IMG/VR virus record: IMGVR_UViG_3300032332_002229
Location: 1-39,851 of that record
Direction: 5' to 3' (one strand)
From: a virus
Lineage: Duplodnaviria > Caudoviricetes
DNA length: 39,851 nt
Shown piece by piece: positions 1 to 10,071 of the stretch (the first letter of the stretch is position 1; each line of letters begins with the position of its first letter). Under the pieces are notes generated by a model that ran no database searches, was not told the DNA's origin, and worked only from the letters and a program-made list of their open reading frames with translations. A program made the translations under genes and the position numbers.

Positions 1-263
1 GCTGTTCCATTGACGACTTCCTCAATTGCAGGATGTTTTCTACCAAATGGGGTATTACTCATGAATTTTGGGATACCTTTACCACATTGGTTTTTATGTA
101 AGTCAAATAAAGATAAACCTGTATGTTCGTCTTTATATGCTTTCATGAATGGTTTCAAGTGTTGGTAAGAACAGTTCAAATAACGAGCAGCAGCCATTAC
201 TGAACGAGTCTGTTTCATTGCTCTTAAGCAATCCTCTTTTGATATGGGTTTTGGGTGGGCCAT
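1..263 (-). CDS. Hypothetical protein, N-terminal part only (runs off the window edge); HTH-like start, possibly an HTH-HNH endonuclease
   Basis: Read by hand, not in the ORF track. ATG at 263, open to base 1: MAHPKPISKEDCLRAMKQTRSVMAAARYLNCSYQHLKPFMKAYKDEHTG... Starts 3 nt after the upstream stop. Confidence 0.65.
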   Translation of the reverse strand, partial: MAHPKPISKEDCLRAMKQTRSVMAAARYLNCSYQHLKPFMKAYKDEHTGLSLFDLHKNQCGKGIPKFMSNTPFGRKHPAIEEVVNGT

Positions 264-266
264 ATT

Positions 267-581
267 TTATTCTAATCCGTCAAGCAATGTCTCGTCCCAT
301 TCGGAAATGTTATCGTCTCCATCATCATTCATTTCCGAATCCTCAAGTTTATCAAAAGATATTTTTTTCTTGTTGGCTTTCTCTAATTTTTCAAATTCTT
401 CTGGTTCCATCAAAACAACATCTACCCATGTATTATCTTTATCTCCAAACATAATAGGCATTCCTCGTTTTGCTCCCGTTGTTGAACAATCAACACAAGT
501 TTTTGCTGTTGGAAGTGCCTTGATTCTTAAAGGGTTAATTTCCTGTTTGCATTTAATACAAAATTTTGCTTCATTTGTCAT
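267..581 (-). CDS. DksA/TraR-type C4 zinc-finger protein with an acidic tail
   Basis: CIKCKQEINPLRIKALPTAKTCVDC matches the CxxC-x17-CxxC DksA/TraR finger (I..R..A.P....C..C). Confidence 0.75.
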   Translation of the reverse strand: MTNEAKFCIKCKQEINPLRIKALPTAKTCVDCSTTGAKRGMPIMFGDKDNTWVDVVLMEPEEFEKLEKANKKKISFDKLEDSEMNDDGDDNISEWDETLLDGLE

Positions 582-955
582 TCGTATCGTTTTATAAATT
601 TGTATAGTTGTGTTGGGGTTTTGATGATGTGTTGTTTTTGATCCTCATCGATCAAAGGATAAACTTCTCCATCCGGAGTTAAGCTATCAAACACCCACCA
701 CAATATAATTGCTGTTTTCATTTCACCATAATGTTTTTTCATTAACATTTCAAGGGATTTTGAAAACGGGTTATCATATTTTTCAAAATTAATTCCAATT
801 TGAGATAAAAAAGCACCTGCTGCTTCTATCTGGCATAAGTGGGTTACTAGTTCATGGAAAAATAGTTCTTCTTTTCGTTTTAGTGATTTTGGGTTCTCCT
901 CTATTTTTCCGTTTTGACCTAAAAGTTCACTTAAATTTTTGAATTTTTCTTCCAT
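578..955 (-). CDS. Hypothetical protein
   Basis: 125 aa ORF with a 4 nt overlap (ATGA) with the next gene. Confidence 0.7.
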   Translation of the reverse strand: MEEKFKNLSELLGQNGKIEENPKSLKRKEELFFHELVTHLCQIEAAGAFLSQIGINFEKYDNPFSKSLEMLMKKHYGEMKTAIILWWVFDSLTPDGEVYPLIDEDQKQHIIKTPTQLYKFIKRYE

Positions 956-1107
956 TGCTCTACTCTAAATATTTTTAAAAAATCTTCTATGCTCATGTTT
1001 TTGATATGCGAAGCTATCAAAATAGCATCTTCTAAATCAATGGCCTCAAATTTACCGTATGGTTCCTTTTTAGGATCCAATTTGCTATAGTATATGTATA
1101 AGTTCAT
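931..1107 (-). CDS. Hypothetical protein
   Basis: Fills the gap in the operon. The likely start is ATG 1107 (MNLYIYY), 1 nt after the upstream stop. Confidence 0.55.
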   Translation of the reverse strand: MNLYIYYSKLDPKKEPYGKFEAIDLEDAILIASHIKNMSIEDFLKIFRVEQWKKNSKI

Positions 1108-1108
1108 A

Positions 1109-1966
1109 TTATATAATTTCAAATTCAATTTCTATGTCATTTAATCCCCAATTCTTATCATTTTTTGATTCAGAAAAATATTCAACCCAATCCCATGGAT
1201 TATTATAATGTTGTTTAGAAGGGGATGAACCATCATTCCCCATTCCTGTATGGGATAGATGATATAATGGTAAATCAAAATGTGCTTTTAAATCAAACCC
1301 ATTTAAAACTGCTTTCTTTTGTACATTTGTATCATTAAAGCAAGAATATATCATTTCTTCTTCAAATCCCTTAATTTGTTCCCAAACATGTTTATGAGCT
1401 AATTGGAAATCACCACAGCAATTTATCAAACTATATTTATCATTTGGAGTTACTTGAGCTGGGAGATATCGAGGTTCACTTTCACTATCCATTTTGTCTC
1501 TAAAATCTCTCCAGTTTTCAAATCCCATTTTTTCTAATTCAGAATATTCTACGTCTCTTCTAGACACTGAATAGAATGTATTTTTATCAGAAGTAGAAAG
1601 GAAATTTGTAAGGTATTCTTTTTTAGGTGCAATAATATCCATTGTAGAACATACAATCCAATCAGCTTGGCATCTTCTTAACATTAAGTTTTGGGATAAT
1701 ACTCCATTAAATGGACTTACATTGGGATTGTAGCGAGTTAATATTGATGATGTTTGTTCATCTATAACAAAATGTCTAATTTTTCCAACATTAGGAATAC
1801 GATCTTTTAAATCCCATAAAATAGGATTTTTATCGGATGGGGTATTCCAATCACAAAACCAAACTTCATCAAATGTTTCTATCATCGATGTTAAACAAGC
1901 TATAATTCTTTCATCTTCTTTATACCCATCGTTTCTACATCCTAATAATATTGCTGTTTTTTCCAT
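1109..1966 (-). CDS. Putative glycosyltransferase (divergent GT-A/GT2-like)
   Basis: N-terminal beta strand ending RNDGY, EVWFCDWN, N-x-x-L-R-R...DWIVCSTMDII and GFEEEM are GT2-like elements. Lies next to gmd. Confidence 0.5.
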   Translation of the reverse strand: MEKTAILLGCRNDGYKEDERIIACLTSMIETFDEVWFCDWNTPSDKNPILWDLKDRIPNVGKIRHFVIDEQTSSILTRYNPNVSPFNGVLSQNLMLRRCQADWIVCSTMDIIAPKKEYLTNFLSTSDKNTFYSVSRRDVEYSELEKMGFENWRDFRDKMDSESEPRYLPAQVTPNDKYSLINCCGDFQLAHKHVWEQIKGFEEEMIYSCFNDTNVQKKAVLNGFDLKAHFDLPLYHLSHTGMGNDGSSPSKQHYNNPWDWVEYFSESKNDKNWGLNDIEIEFEII

Positions 1967-1969
1967 TAT

Positions 1970-2944
1970 TTATTTTTTATAGTAATTTACCCAATATTCA
2001 ATCATTTCATCTAACATAGTTTCAAATGTATATTTATGTTTCCAATCCGTTGTTTTAACTAATTTAGATGAATCCCCTTTTAAATTATGTAATTCCTCAG
2101 GGCGTAAATATTTTTCATCAACTTTAACATATTTCCTAAAATCCATATCTAAAGATGAAAATACATATTCACATAATTCAGCTACTGAGTGGGATATTCC
2201 GGTAGCACATACATAATCACCAGGTTCATCTAATTGAAGAATTTCCCACATTGCACGTACATAATCTTTAGCATGCCCCCAATCACGGGTAGCATCTAAA
2301 TTACCTAATTTTAATTCATTAGATAAACCTAATTTAATTTTAACGGCTTCTTTACATACTTTATTCGTTACAAAGTTTGTACCTCGTCTTGGTGATTCGT
2401 GATTAAATAAAATACCATTGGAGATGAACATTCCATATGAGTGTCTATAATTTCTACTAATATTATAGGCATATACTTTAGCACATCCATATGGTGAAAC
2501 TGGGTTGAGTTGGGTGGATTCCCTTTGATATCCATCATCATCAACTGTATTCCCAAACATTTCTGATGATGATGCTTGATATATCTTTGTATCTGGTTTG
2601 ATTAATCTAGCGGCCTCTAATAAGTTTAAGGCTCCAACTCCCGTAGCTTGTGCTGTATAGACTGGTTGGTCAAATGAAATTCCAACATGGGATTGGGCCG
2701 CTAAGTTATAGATTTCGTCAGGCATTATCTTAGTTATAACCCGTATTAATGATGCCATATCTGTTAAATCAGCATATTCTAATTTAACTTTCCCAAAAAC
2801 TGGGTCTAATCTGAAGGTTTGGTTTTCGGCTACAGAATTTCGTTTTAATGTACCCCAAACTTCATATCCTTTTTCCAACAACAATTCTGCTAGATATGAC
2901 CCATCTTGTCCATTTATTCCAGTAATTAATGCTTTTTTACCCAT
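1970..2944 (-). CDS. gmd: GDP-mannose 4,6-dehydratase
   Basis: ALITGINGQDGSYLAELLLEKGYEV, YNLAAQSHV, YQASSSEMFG, SPYGCAK, NGILFNHESPRRG, RDWGHAKDYV. Confidence 0.97.
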   Translation of the reverse strand: MGKKALITGINGQDGSYLAELLLEKGYEVWGTLKRNSVAENQTFRLDPVFGKVKLEYADLTDMASLIRVITKIMPDEIYNLAAQSHVGISFDQPVYTAQATGVGALNLLEAARLIKPDTKIYQASSSEMFGNTVDDDGYQRESTQLNPVSPYGCAKVYAYNISRNYRHSYGMFISNGILFNHESPRRGTNFVTNKVCKEAVKIKLGLSNELKLGNLDATRDWGHAKDYVRAMWEILQLDEPGDYVCATGISHSVAELCEYVFSSLDMDFRKYVKVDEKYLRPEELHNLKGDSSKLVKTTDWKHKYTFETMLDEMIEYWVNYYKK

Positions 2945-4088
2945 TATTTATTATGTTTATTATTTTGTTAAGGTTATCATTTGTTAAATCTTGATGATTA
3001 GGAATATAAAAACCATATTTATCAAGTAATTCGCAATTTTTTAATTCAGGCTTTTTAAAGTTTTCATACCAAAAGGGTTTATTAGCTAAATTACCTGCTA
3101 TTAAAGGTCTACATTCTATATTATTTTTAATTAAATTTTCTACTATTGAATCTCTATTTTTAGAAAGAATAGGCATTGCAAAATTTGAAATAAAATTATT
3201 TGGATCAATGTAAAGATCTAATTTATTATTTTTTATATTATTAATATAGTAATCAAAATTAGAATTTCTAATTGAACTAAACTTATCTAATTTATCTATA
3301 GCTCGTAAACCAATATATGCTTGAAGATCAGTAGATCTTAAATTCATCCCCGGAAGGTAGAAATTATATAAATTTTCAAAGTCAGTTAAGTTGTATTTTT
3401 CTTTATATTCATTCTGTTTATGTGTAGGTAAATCTCTAGCCCAACCATGACTTCTCATCATTAACAATGCATAATAGAATTCTTCATCATCTGTATTGAT
3501 AAATCCACCTTCAATTGTACTTAAATGGTGTCCAAAATACATTGAAAAAAATGAAGCCAATCCAAAGGTTCCTAAATATTTTTCCTTATATTTAGATCCC
3601 ATACTTTCACAAACATCTTCTAAAAGTAAAACACCATATTTTTTACATAATCTAACTACTCGATCCATATTAGGTACTAATCCTAAAACTGAGACTAATA
3701 TTAGGGTACTTGGAGACTCAGTTTTAAATATTTCTTCTAAATGATCTAAATCACAAGATAAATCCGTTAAATTACAATCACATAGTATAGGTTCTAATCC
3801 TAAAAGGATAGGAGATGATAAATCAGTTGCCCAACTCAATGATGGTACTACAACTTTATTATTTTTTAGACGATTAGTATATTTTAAAGCAGCTAAAGTT
3901 AATAGTATTGATGAAGAACCTGAATTAACGAATACTGAGTATTTGGTTCCTATTTTAGATGCCCATTTGTGTTCTAATTCTACTGTTAATTCACCTTTTG
4001 TCAATCTTGGGATTTCATTTTGAGATAACCATTCTATTAAAGAATTAATATCATTTCTATCAATTGTATCACTTACTAATTTGATCAT
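2937..4088 (-). CDS. DegT/DnrJ/EryC1/StrS-family PLP enzyme, ColD-like sugar 3-dehydratase
   Basis: VFVNSGSS, LEDVCESMG and FSMYFGHHLSTIEGG. His replaces the Schiff-base Lys, as in ColD/E1 dehydratases. Confidence 0.85.
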   Translation of the reverse strand: MIKLVSDTIDRNDINSLIEWLSQNEIPRLTKGELTVELEHKWASKIGTKYSVFVNSGSSSILLTLAALKYTNRLKNNKVVVPSLSWATDLSSPILLGLEPILCDCNLTDLSCDLDHLEEIFKTESPSTLILVSVLGLVPNMDRVVRLCKKYGVLLLEDVCESMGSKYKEKYLGTFGLASFFSMYFGHHLSTIEGGFINTDDEEFYYALLMMRSHGWARDLPTHKQNEYKEKYNLTDFENLYNFYLPGMNLRSTDLQAYIGLRAIDKLDKFSSIRNSNFDYYINNIKNNKLDLYIDPNNFISNFAMPILSKNRDSIVENLIKNNIECRPLIAGNLANKPFWYENFKKPELKNCELLDKYGFYIPNHQDLTNDNLNKIINIINNG

Positions 4089-4092
4089 GGTT

Positions 4093-5097
4093 TTATTTAT
4101 ATTGATTGATAAATTTTATCCATTCTATAACATTTTTTAATCCATATTCCATATTGATGAAATTTTGTTTTTGGAATTCATTAATGTATTTTTCTGAGCT
4201 AATGTTAACTACTTTTGGGCTGCCTACTAATCCATCTAGGGATACAGGGGCAATTACTTTTTTATCTAAAATTTGTCCTACATTTTCAGCTAATTCTTTA
4301 ATTGAAATATTTGAAAATCCACTTACGTTATATGTTACATCTTTACCATATAACAATATATTCCAAAACATTTCAATAACATCTGTTATATAACAATATG
4401 TTCTAAGGGCTGAACCATCATCCATCAGTTCAATTGTATCATGGTTTAATCCTTTATCAATAATGCTATTCAATACTCTTAAATCTCCTAGTTTAGTAAA
4501 AGGCCCATATGCTAAACTCAATCTAGCTATTTTTACATCATATCCTGAGGTTATATAGCTATGGCATATTGTTTCACCACATCTTTTGGATTCAATATAA
4601 CAAGCTCTATTGTGGGATGGTGTTGTTGTACCTATTTGAGATTCATCAATATTAAAATTATCATTACCGCTATACAATTCACTTGTACTCACAAATAAAA
4701 ATTTACCATCTGGTTTTAATGAATCTAATAAATTAATAGTAGCGTGGGTGTTAATCTTAATAGTAGTTAAACTATCATTAAGAAATTTCATAGGTTGAGC
4801 ATAACCCGAAGAGTGAATGATTATATCAAAAAATTTAGATTCTAATTTAATGGTGGTGATATCTTCTTTAATTTCGGTGTATGAGAAATTATAATACTCT
4901 TTTAAATAAGAGGGGATATCATTTTTATAAGATAAATAAACTTCAATATTAAGTTCATTTTGAAGTCTTTTAACACATTGTGTTAAATAAAATCCGACTA
5001 ATCCTGATGCTCCTGTGATTAATACTTTTTTATTTTCTAAGGTAGAAAAATCAATATTTTCTATTACTCTATTAATATCTTTTTCTAAGAAATCCAT
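4093..5097 (-). CDS. NAD-dependent nucleotide-sugar epimerase/dehydratase/reductase (extended SDR)
   Basis: VLITGASGLVG, STSELY, YIESK (YxxxK) and RTYCYITD. Confidence 0.9.
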   Translation of the reverse strand: MDFLEKDINRVIENIDFSTLENKKVLITGASGLVGFYLTQCVKRLQNELNIEVYLSYKNDIPSYLKEYYNFSYTEIKEDITTIKLESKFFDIIIHSSGYAQPMKFLNDSLTTIKINTHATINLLDSLKPDGKFLFVSTSELYSGNDNFNIDESQIGTTTPSHNRACYIESKRCGETICHSYITSGYDVKIARLSLAYGPFTKLGDLRVLNSIIDKGLNHDTIELMDDGSALRTYCYITDVIEMFWNILLYGKDVTYNVSGFSNISIKELAENVGQILDKKVIAPVSLDGLVGSPKVVNISSEKYINEFQKQNFINMEYGLKNVIEWIKFINQYK

Positions 5098-5969
5098 TAT
5101 ATAAGGTTATTAATTTTATTTTTGATTGAATCAATATCTAATCCTAATAGTTTATCTATTTGATTTTTCTTTCCATAATATAAAATAAATTCTCTAGGTA
5201 TCCCAATATTACTTAATTTATATGAAAATCCTTCTAATGTTTTAGTAACAAAATAATTAGTAGAACCTTCATAAAACGGTTCGCAAATTATAATATTATT
5301 ATTGAAATGTTTTTTTAATGTTTCATTATCAAAAGGAACAATTGTTGAATAGTATAGTAAAGTAACATCTAAATCTTTAACAGCTTCATATATGGATTCG
5401 AGCATGTTCCCATAACAAATAACTAGGGCTTGAGTACCTTCTTTAATAACATTTGCTTTACCAAAGATTACTTCAAAGTTTAAGCTATGTTCATATTCAC
5501 TAAGTCTAAAATATGTAGGAGAACCATTGTCATATGTTTGTTTAAATAGGCTATCAAATTCATATGAACTACCTGGGGAAATAATTTGCATATTAGGGAT
5601 AGTAGATAATACTGCCACATCACTAGGGCAATGATGGGTACATCCTAATCCTGCGTAATCATAAGAATTACCTATGCTAATAAAGTTTCCATTTATATTT
5701 TGGTAGCCAAAATCAACTTTTAATTGTTCAAATGCTCGTTCAACTATAAACGGAGCTATGGTATGAACTACAGGAATAAGATTTGCTTTACTCATCCCTG
5801 ATGCTAAACCAATTGTGGCTTGTTCTAGGATACCAATATTATAAGTTCTTTCAGGGAATTTTTCAAAACATTTTTGGAAACCAAAAACACCAATATCACC
5901 TAAAAGAAGACACAAATTGTCATCTTGAGACATTGTGTCTTGAATAGTTGTTACAAATTGTTTTCTCAT
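5097..5969 (-). CDS. Transketolase-like protein, C-terminal (pyrimidine-binding) subunit
   Basis: NIGILEQATIGLASG, RAFEQLK, GCTHH and YFRL. Confidence 0.9.
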   Translation of the reverse strand: MRKQFVTTIQDTMSQDDNLCLLLGDIGVFGFQKCFEKFPERTYNIGILEQATIGLASGMSKANLIPVVHTIAPFIVERAFEQLKVDFGYQNINGNFISIGNSYDYAGLGCTHHCPSDVAVLSTIPNMQIISPGSSYEFDSLFKQTYDNGSPTYFRLSEYEHSLNFEVIFGKANVIKEGTQALVICYGNMLESIYEAVKDLDVTLLYYSTIVPFDNETLKKHFNNNIIICEPFYEGSTNYFVTKTLEGFSYKLSNIGIPREFILYYGKKNQIDKLLGLDIDSIKNKINNLI

Positions 5970-6529
5970 TATTTCTTATTAAAATAAAACCAACTTCCAT
6001 CCATAAACGTAGCCATTGGTGGTTCATTAAAGTACTCGTTAAGAGCACGTGTAATTGGTTCAAAAGCATAATCATGACCTGCAATAATTCCACCTTTTTT
6101 AACTTTTTTTGACCAATTAACTAAATCTTCTTTTACAGATGAATATTGGTGGTTTCCATCAATGTAAACAAAATCGACACTATCATCTTCAATTAAAGAA
6201 GAATATTGGGATGAAGACATTTTATTTTTTCTCATGTTAGGAAATTTTTCCATTACTGATTCAAATAATTTTTCAGCTGCTTGGAGCTCTAAAGCTTGTT
6301 TATCTAAATCCCAAGTATAATCATCCTCTATATATTGCTCCCATGGGTCAACACAATTTAAAGTACTTCCGGGGAATGTAGAAGCAAGTATAGCTCCACT
6401 ATCTCCACAATAGGAACCAATTTCTACTATTTGAAGATTATCATCTCCTAGATGAGATTTAATAGCATAACATAATTCTAATAATCCTTGTGCTTGATTA
6501 CTTTCTCGCATTTTGTGGGTTAATTCCAT
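5969..6529 (-). CDS. Class I SAM-dependent methyltransferase (Methyltransf_24-like)
   Basis: VEIGSYCGDS, CVDPW, DFVYIDGNHQY and GGIIAGHDY. Confidence 0.88.
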   Translation of the reverse strand: MELTHKMRESNQAQGLLELCYAIKSHLGDDNLQIVEIGSYCGDSGAILASTFPGSTLNCVDPWEQYIEDDYTWDLDKQALELQAAEKLFESVMEKFPNMRKNKMSSSQYSSLIEDDSVDFVYIDGNHQYSSVKEDLVNWSKKVKKGGIIAGHDYAFEPITRALNEYFNEPPMATFMDGSWFYFNKK

Positions 6530-6535
6530 TTTATT

Positions 6536-7291
6536 TTATTTTAAATTATTAATTATTAATTGATATTCTTCTTCATTAGGGAACTTATGATGCCATTCAG
6601 GATTATTTTCTATCATAGGTAAACCCTTTCCCTTAATTGTATTAGCTATAATACATGTTGGTTGGTTTATCTTTGAGGATGTTAATTTTTCTAAAAGTTC
6701 ATCGTGATTATGACCATCTACTTCTACTGTGTTCCACCCAAAGGATTTAAATTTGTTTTTTAAATCTCCTAAATCAACTGCTCTATCAGTTGAATGGTTA
6801 AAATCAATAATGCAATACAAATTATCAAGTTTATGATGTTTAGCTAACAAAGCTGATTCCCAGATAGTTCCCTCGTTTGCTTCACCATCTCCAACTACAA
6901 CATATATTTTACCGTTGTATTTTTTTATTTTATATGCTAATGCTATCCCAACCCCAATAGGTAATCCATGCCCTAAAGATCCGGTTGATGATTCTACTCC
7001 AATTATTTTATCAGTTGGGTGTCCACCTAATTTACTGTTTATATCACAGAATGTATTTAAATCGTCTTTAAGTAAACCAAAATGATCTAAAACAACATAT
7101 AAACCTAAAGAGGCATGTCCTTTGCTTAGAATAAAACGATCTCTATCTATTTTATTTTCTTTGATTCCATTAATATCTAAAACTTTATCATATAAAACAT
7201 ACATGATATCTAATATAGATAGCGAACTTGGAATATGTCCTTCTTTTTTTAAAGTAGCTATATCTACTATTTTTTCTTTTAATTTATTCAT
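6536..7291 (-). CDS. Transketolase-like protein, N-terminal (TPP-binding) subunit
   Basis: GHIPSSLS, DRFILSKGH, STGSLGHG, the GDGEANEG TPP motif and TIKGKG. Confidence 0.92.
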   Translation of the reverse strand: MNKLKEKIVDIATLKKEGHIPSSLSILDIMYVLYDKVLDINGIKENKIDRDRFILSKGHASLGLYVVLDHFGLLKDDLNTFCDINSKLGGHPTDKIIGVESSTGSLGHGLPIGVGIALAYKIKKYNGKIYVVVGDGEANEGTIWESALLAKHHKLDNLYCIIDFNHSTDRAVDLGDLKNKFKSFGWNTVEVDGHNHDELLEKLTSSKINQPTCIIANTIKGKGLPMIENNPEWHHKFPNEEEYQLIINNLK

Positions 7292-7789
7292 TTATAATAA
7301 TTTAGCACTGTTGTCTCTTAAAGATAATAAAGGATTTTGGATAGGCCACGAAATATTAATTTTTGGATCGTTCCATTTTAAAGTAAATTGAGAGTCTACA
7401 TCTGGGTATTCTCCGGGGTAAGCCCATTTATAATGGAGTAAAGCCATTTCACTTAATGCTAAAAACCCAATTGCAAAATTAGGTGGAGTCAAAACTTGTT
7501 TTCTTGTCTTATCATCCAAAATTATAGAATCCCATTTTAAATAATTCGGTGAATATTTTCTATTGTCTATAACTACAAAAAACATCTCTCCATATAAACA
7601 AGAAGTTAACTTCCAGGATTTATTGTCACCATGCATTCCTCTTAAAACATGTTGAGTGGAAGTGGAAATTTTATCGTGTTTAAAATTTATTGGTGGATTA
7701 AAATGGTCTCTATGCCATAGAGTTAGTAAATCACCTCTAAGATCTGTAAATACATCGGGTTGGAATATTTTTACTTCTGGGAATATCAT
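7292..7789 (-). CDS. dTDP-4-dehydrorhamnose 3,5-epimerase family (RmlC/RfbC-like cupin)
   Basis: FTDLRG, VLRGMH, VVIDNR, WNDPKINISWP and LSLRD. The second His is absent (FAIGF instead of FAHGF), so it is divergent. Confidence 0.85.
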   Translation of the reverse strand: MIFPEVKIFQPDVFTDLRGDLLTLWHRDHFNPPINFKHDKISTSTQHVLRGMHGDNKSWKLTSCLYGEMFFVVIDNRKYSPNYLKWDSIILDDKTRKQVLTPPNFAIGFLALSEMALLHYKWAYPGEYPDVDSQFTLKWNDPKINISWPIQNPLLSLRDNSAKLL

Positions 7790-8577
7790 ATTTCAATTAT
7801 ATTTTGGTTTGGGTATTGGAAATGACATACTCCATTTATCATTACATTTTTATGAGATGGATCTCCTATTTGATATATTTTAATAGCTTCACATAGTTTC
7901 TTATGTTGAGATAAATCTAATAAATATTCTTTAGATAACCTATTTCTTTTAACACAATTTTTTAAAAAGTTTTCACATGACCATCCTTTAACATATTCCC
8001 AAATTTTACCGTTGTAGTTTGGAATGGATTTTGAATATTCATAGGTTTCATCTAAGTATTGTTTTTCATTTAAATAATCACATTTAGATACATTTATAAA
8101 ATAAAAGTTGGTTTGTGGGTAACAATAATGTTCTAATAATTTTTCTGGGTTAAAGTTATTTAGATAAAGTGTTTCGTAGGAAATACCGTTTAAATAATAG
8201 AAATCGGCTTCATTTATTTGTTTTTCTAAAATTAAATCTTGAAAAATAACATCGTTTGCTGCTTTGCAAAGCCATTCTTCATTATTTTCTTTACACCAAT
8301 CAAATACTAAATTATCTAGATCAGCAGTTCCAAAATTATGGCCTCGGTTTACTTCAGAGTCTATTATAATACAATTTAGAAAATATTTCTTCCACAATTG
8401 AGTATTTTTATTCTGTAATGGAGAACCATAATTAGTAGCAACAACAATTTGTTTAAATTCTTTTAAAACTTGTGTGTTATAAAGAATATATTGTTCTAGT
8501 AGGTCTAAATCATCTTGTGATGAAATATAACCTATAGTTCCATAAACTGATTTATTAATAAGTTGCTTTAAATTCAT
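7786..8577 (-). CDS. Hypothetical protein of the glycosylation island (possible glycosyltransferase)
   Basis: 263 aa. NRGHNFG and a KAANDVIF DxD-like segment; the call rests on context. Confidence 0.6.
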   Translation of the reverse strand: MNLKQLINKSVYGTIGYISSQDDLDLLEQYILYNTQVLKEFKQIVVATNYGSPLQNKNTQLWKKYFLNCIIIDSEVNRGHNFGTADLDNLVFDWCKENNEEWLCKAANDVIFQDLILEKQINEADFYYLNGISYETLYLNNFNPEKLLEHYCYPQTNFYFINVSKCDYLNEKQYLDETYEYSKSIPNYNGKIWEYVKGWSCENFLKNCVKRNRLSKEYLLDLSQHKKLCEAIKIYQIGDPSHKNVMINGVCHFQYPNQNIIEI

Positions 8578-9205
8578 CCCAAGTGATTAAATTTAGATAT
8601 TGTTTTCTATTTGAATCAAACGTTTGGTAATTCACATCAATTAATGGGGTTGAATAAAATGGGTTTGAATTATTTTTAATAATCCCTACTCCAAAGTCAG
8701 TGTCAATTACACAACATTCGTAAAGTAAATTATTTTGTTTAAATTCAACAAATGATTTCCATACATCCCCATTCCATGCTATTGTTTTTCTGTCGGGAAT
8801 TTGGGCATCATAACTAACAGGATTACAATCATGAAGTACAATAAATCCATTTGGTTGTAGGTGGTTTAATGAATTTTCAATATCTTTCTTTACTTGAGAA
8901 TATTCATGTAACCCATCTATAAAAATAATATCATATTTAATATCTTCATGTCCTTTAATTAAATCAAAAAAAGCATCTGAGGTCATTTGGTAGTCCACTT
9001 CGGGTACTATATAACCTTCAACTCCAGGATCAACACCATTCTTATAAGGAGCTTTAACTTTTCTAATATTTTCCCCTTGGAATACACCTATTTCAAGGTA
9101 ATTGATGAATTTGTATCTATCAATTAAATAATTAAGGATATCAAATCGCTTAATTTCACTATTTAAATAGCGAACAACTTCTGGTTCTTGTAAATTATTT
9201 ATCAT
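8555..9205 (-). CDS. Class I SAM-dependent methyltransferase (Methyltransf_24-like)
   Basis: YLEIGV, GVDP, TSDAFF, DIIFIDGLH and GFIVLHDCNP. Confidence 0.88.
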   Translation of the reverse strand: MINNLQEPEVVRYLNSEIKRFDILNYLIDRYKFINYLEIGVFQGENIRKVKAPYKNGVDPGVEGYIVPEVDYQMTSDAFFDLIKGHEDIKYDIIFIDGLHEYSQVKKDIENSLNHLQPNGFIVLHDCNPVSYDAQIPDRKTIAWNGDVWKSFVEFKQNNLLYECCVIDTDFGVGIIKNNSNPFYSTPLIDVNYQTFDSNRKQYLNLITWDEFKATY

Positions 9206-10068
9206 GCTATTTTTTCTAAAACGTATTTTGCTAATTCTTTAGTAGTTAAGTGGTTTTGTGTATATTTAAAAAGTTCATCCAGTATACTAAAATATTTTTT
9301 CTCATCAAAATTTTCTGCTAATTCTTTAGCTTCTAATAACAATTCTTTTGGTAAATTAGTTAAAGTTGTTTTTGGACATTCATACAAATCTGTAAAGTAT
9401 GGGATACAGTTATTTGCTAGAATTTCATAGTGGCGCATGCAATCCCACCCAGCTTTTTTCATAGTCACTCCAAAATATGATTTGTTATAGTCATTGTAAT
9501 ATTCTTGTTCAACATCAAACTTATAACCTCCTTGTCCGGGGATGATGGAGCCATATTCTTGGGTCTTATCAAGTTTTATTTTGGCTATCTTATTTTCAGG
9601 AATAGCAAAATGGATAGGTATCATTTTATTATCTAAAAGTTCTCTTTTAAAGTACGGATGTTTTGTGGATAATGGGTGAACTCCTACAAAATCATCTCCA
9701 TCAATTAAAATTATTTTGTTTGGGGGGTAAATTGAGGAAATTAAATCATAATGATCTAAACATCGTTTTACTGCACCATATATAATCAAATCAAAGTATT
9801 TATCTTTAATTTTTTCTTCAATATCAGTTCTATCAATCACATCTTTATCAATTAAAAATGTTGACGAAAATCCATGACCCCACAGATTTTGTGTGGGGAT
9901 CTTGGATTTATTTTCTTTATATAAATGAATAATTGGAGTACTATCCACTACCTCAATCTCTTCTAATTCAGTAAAACCATAAAATAAAAGATCATTTAAA
10001 TAGTCATTCAAATACCCTCCACTTTGTTGGAGAATTTGTTTATGATTAGTTACATAAAGAATTTTCAT
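9202..10068 (-). CDS. Putative glycosyltransferase (GT-B-like C-terminus)
   Basis: YNKSYFGVTMKKAGWDCMRHYEILANNCIP resembles GT1/exostosin-like donor-binding motifs. Lies inside the sugar island. Confidence 0.55.
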   Translation of the reverse strand: MKILYVTNHKQILQQSGGYLNDYLNDLLFYGFTELEEIEVVDSTPIIHLYKENKSKIPTQNLWGHGFSSTFLIDKDVIDRTDIEEKIKDKYFDLIIYGAVKRCLDHYDLISSIYPPNKIILIDGDDFVGVHPLSTKHPYFKRELLDNKMIPIHFAIPENKIAKIKLDKTQEYGSIIPGQGGYKFDVEQEYYNDYNKSYFGVTMKKAGWDCMRHYEILANNCIPYFTDLYECPKTTLTNLPKELLLEAKELAENFDEKKYFSILDELFKYTQNHLTTKELAKYVLEKIA

Positions 10069-10071
10069 TAA

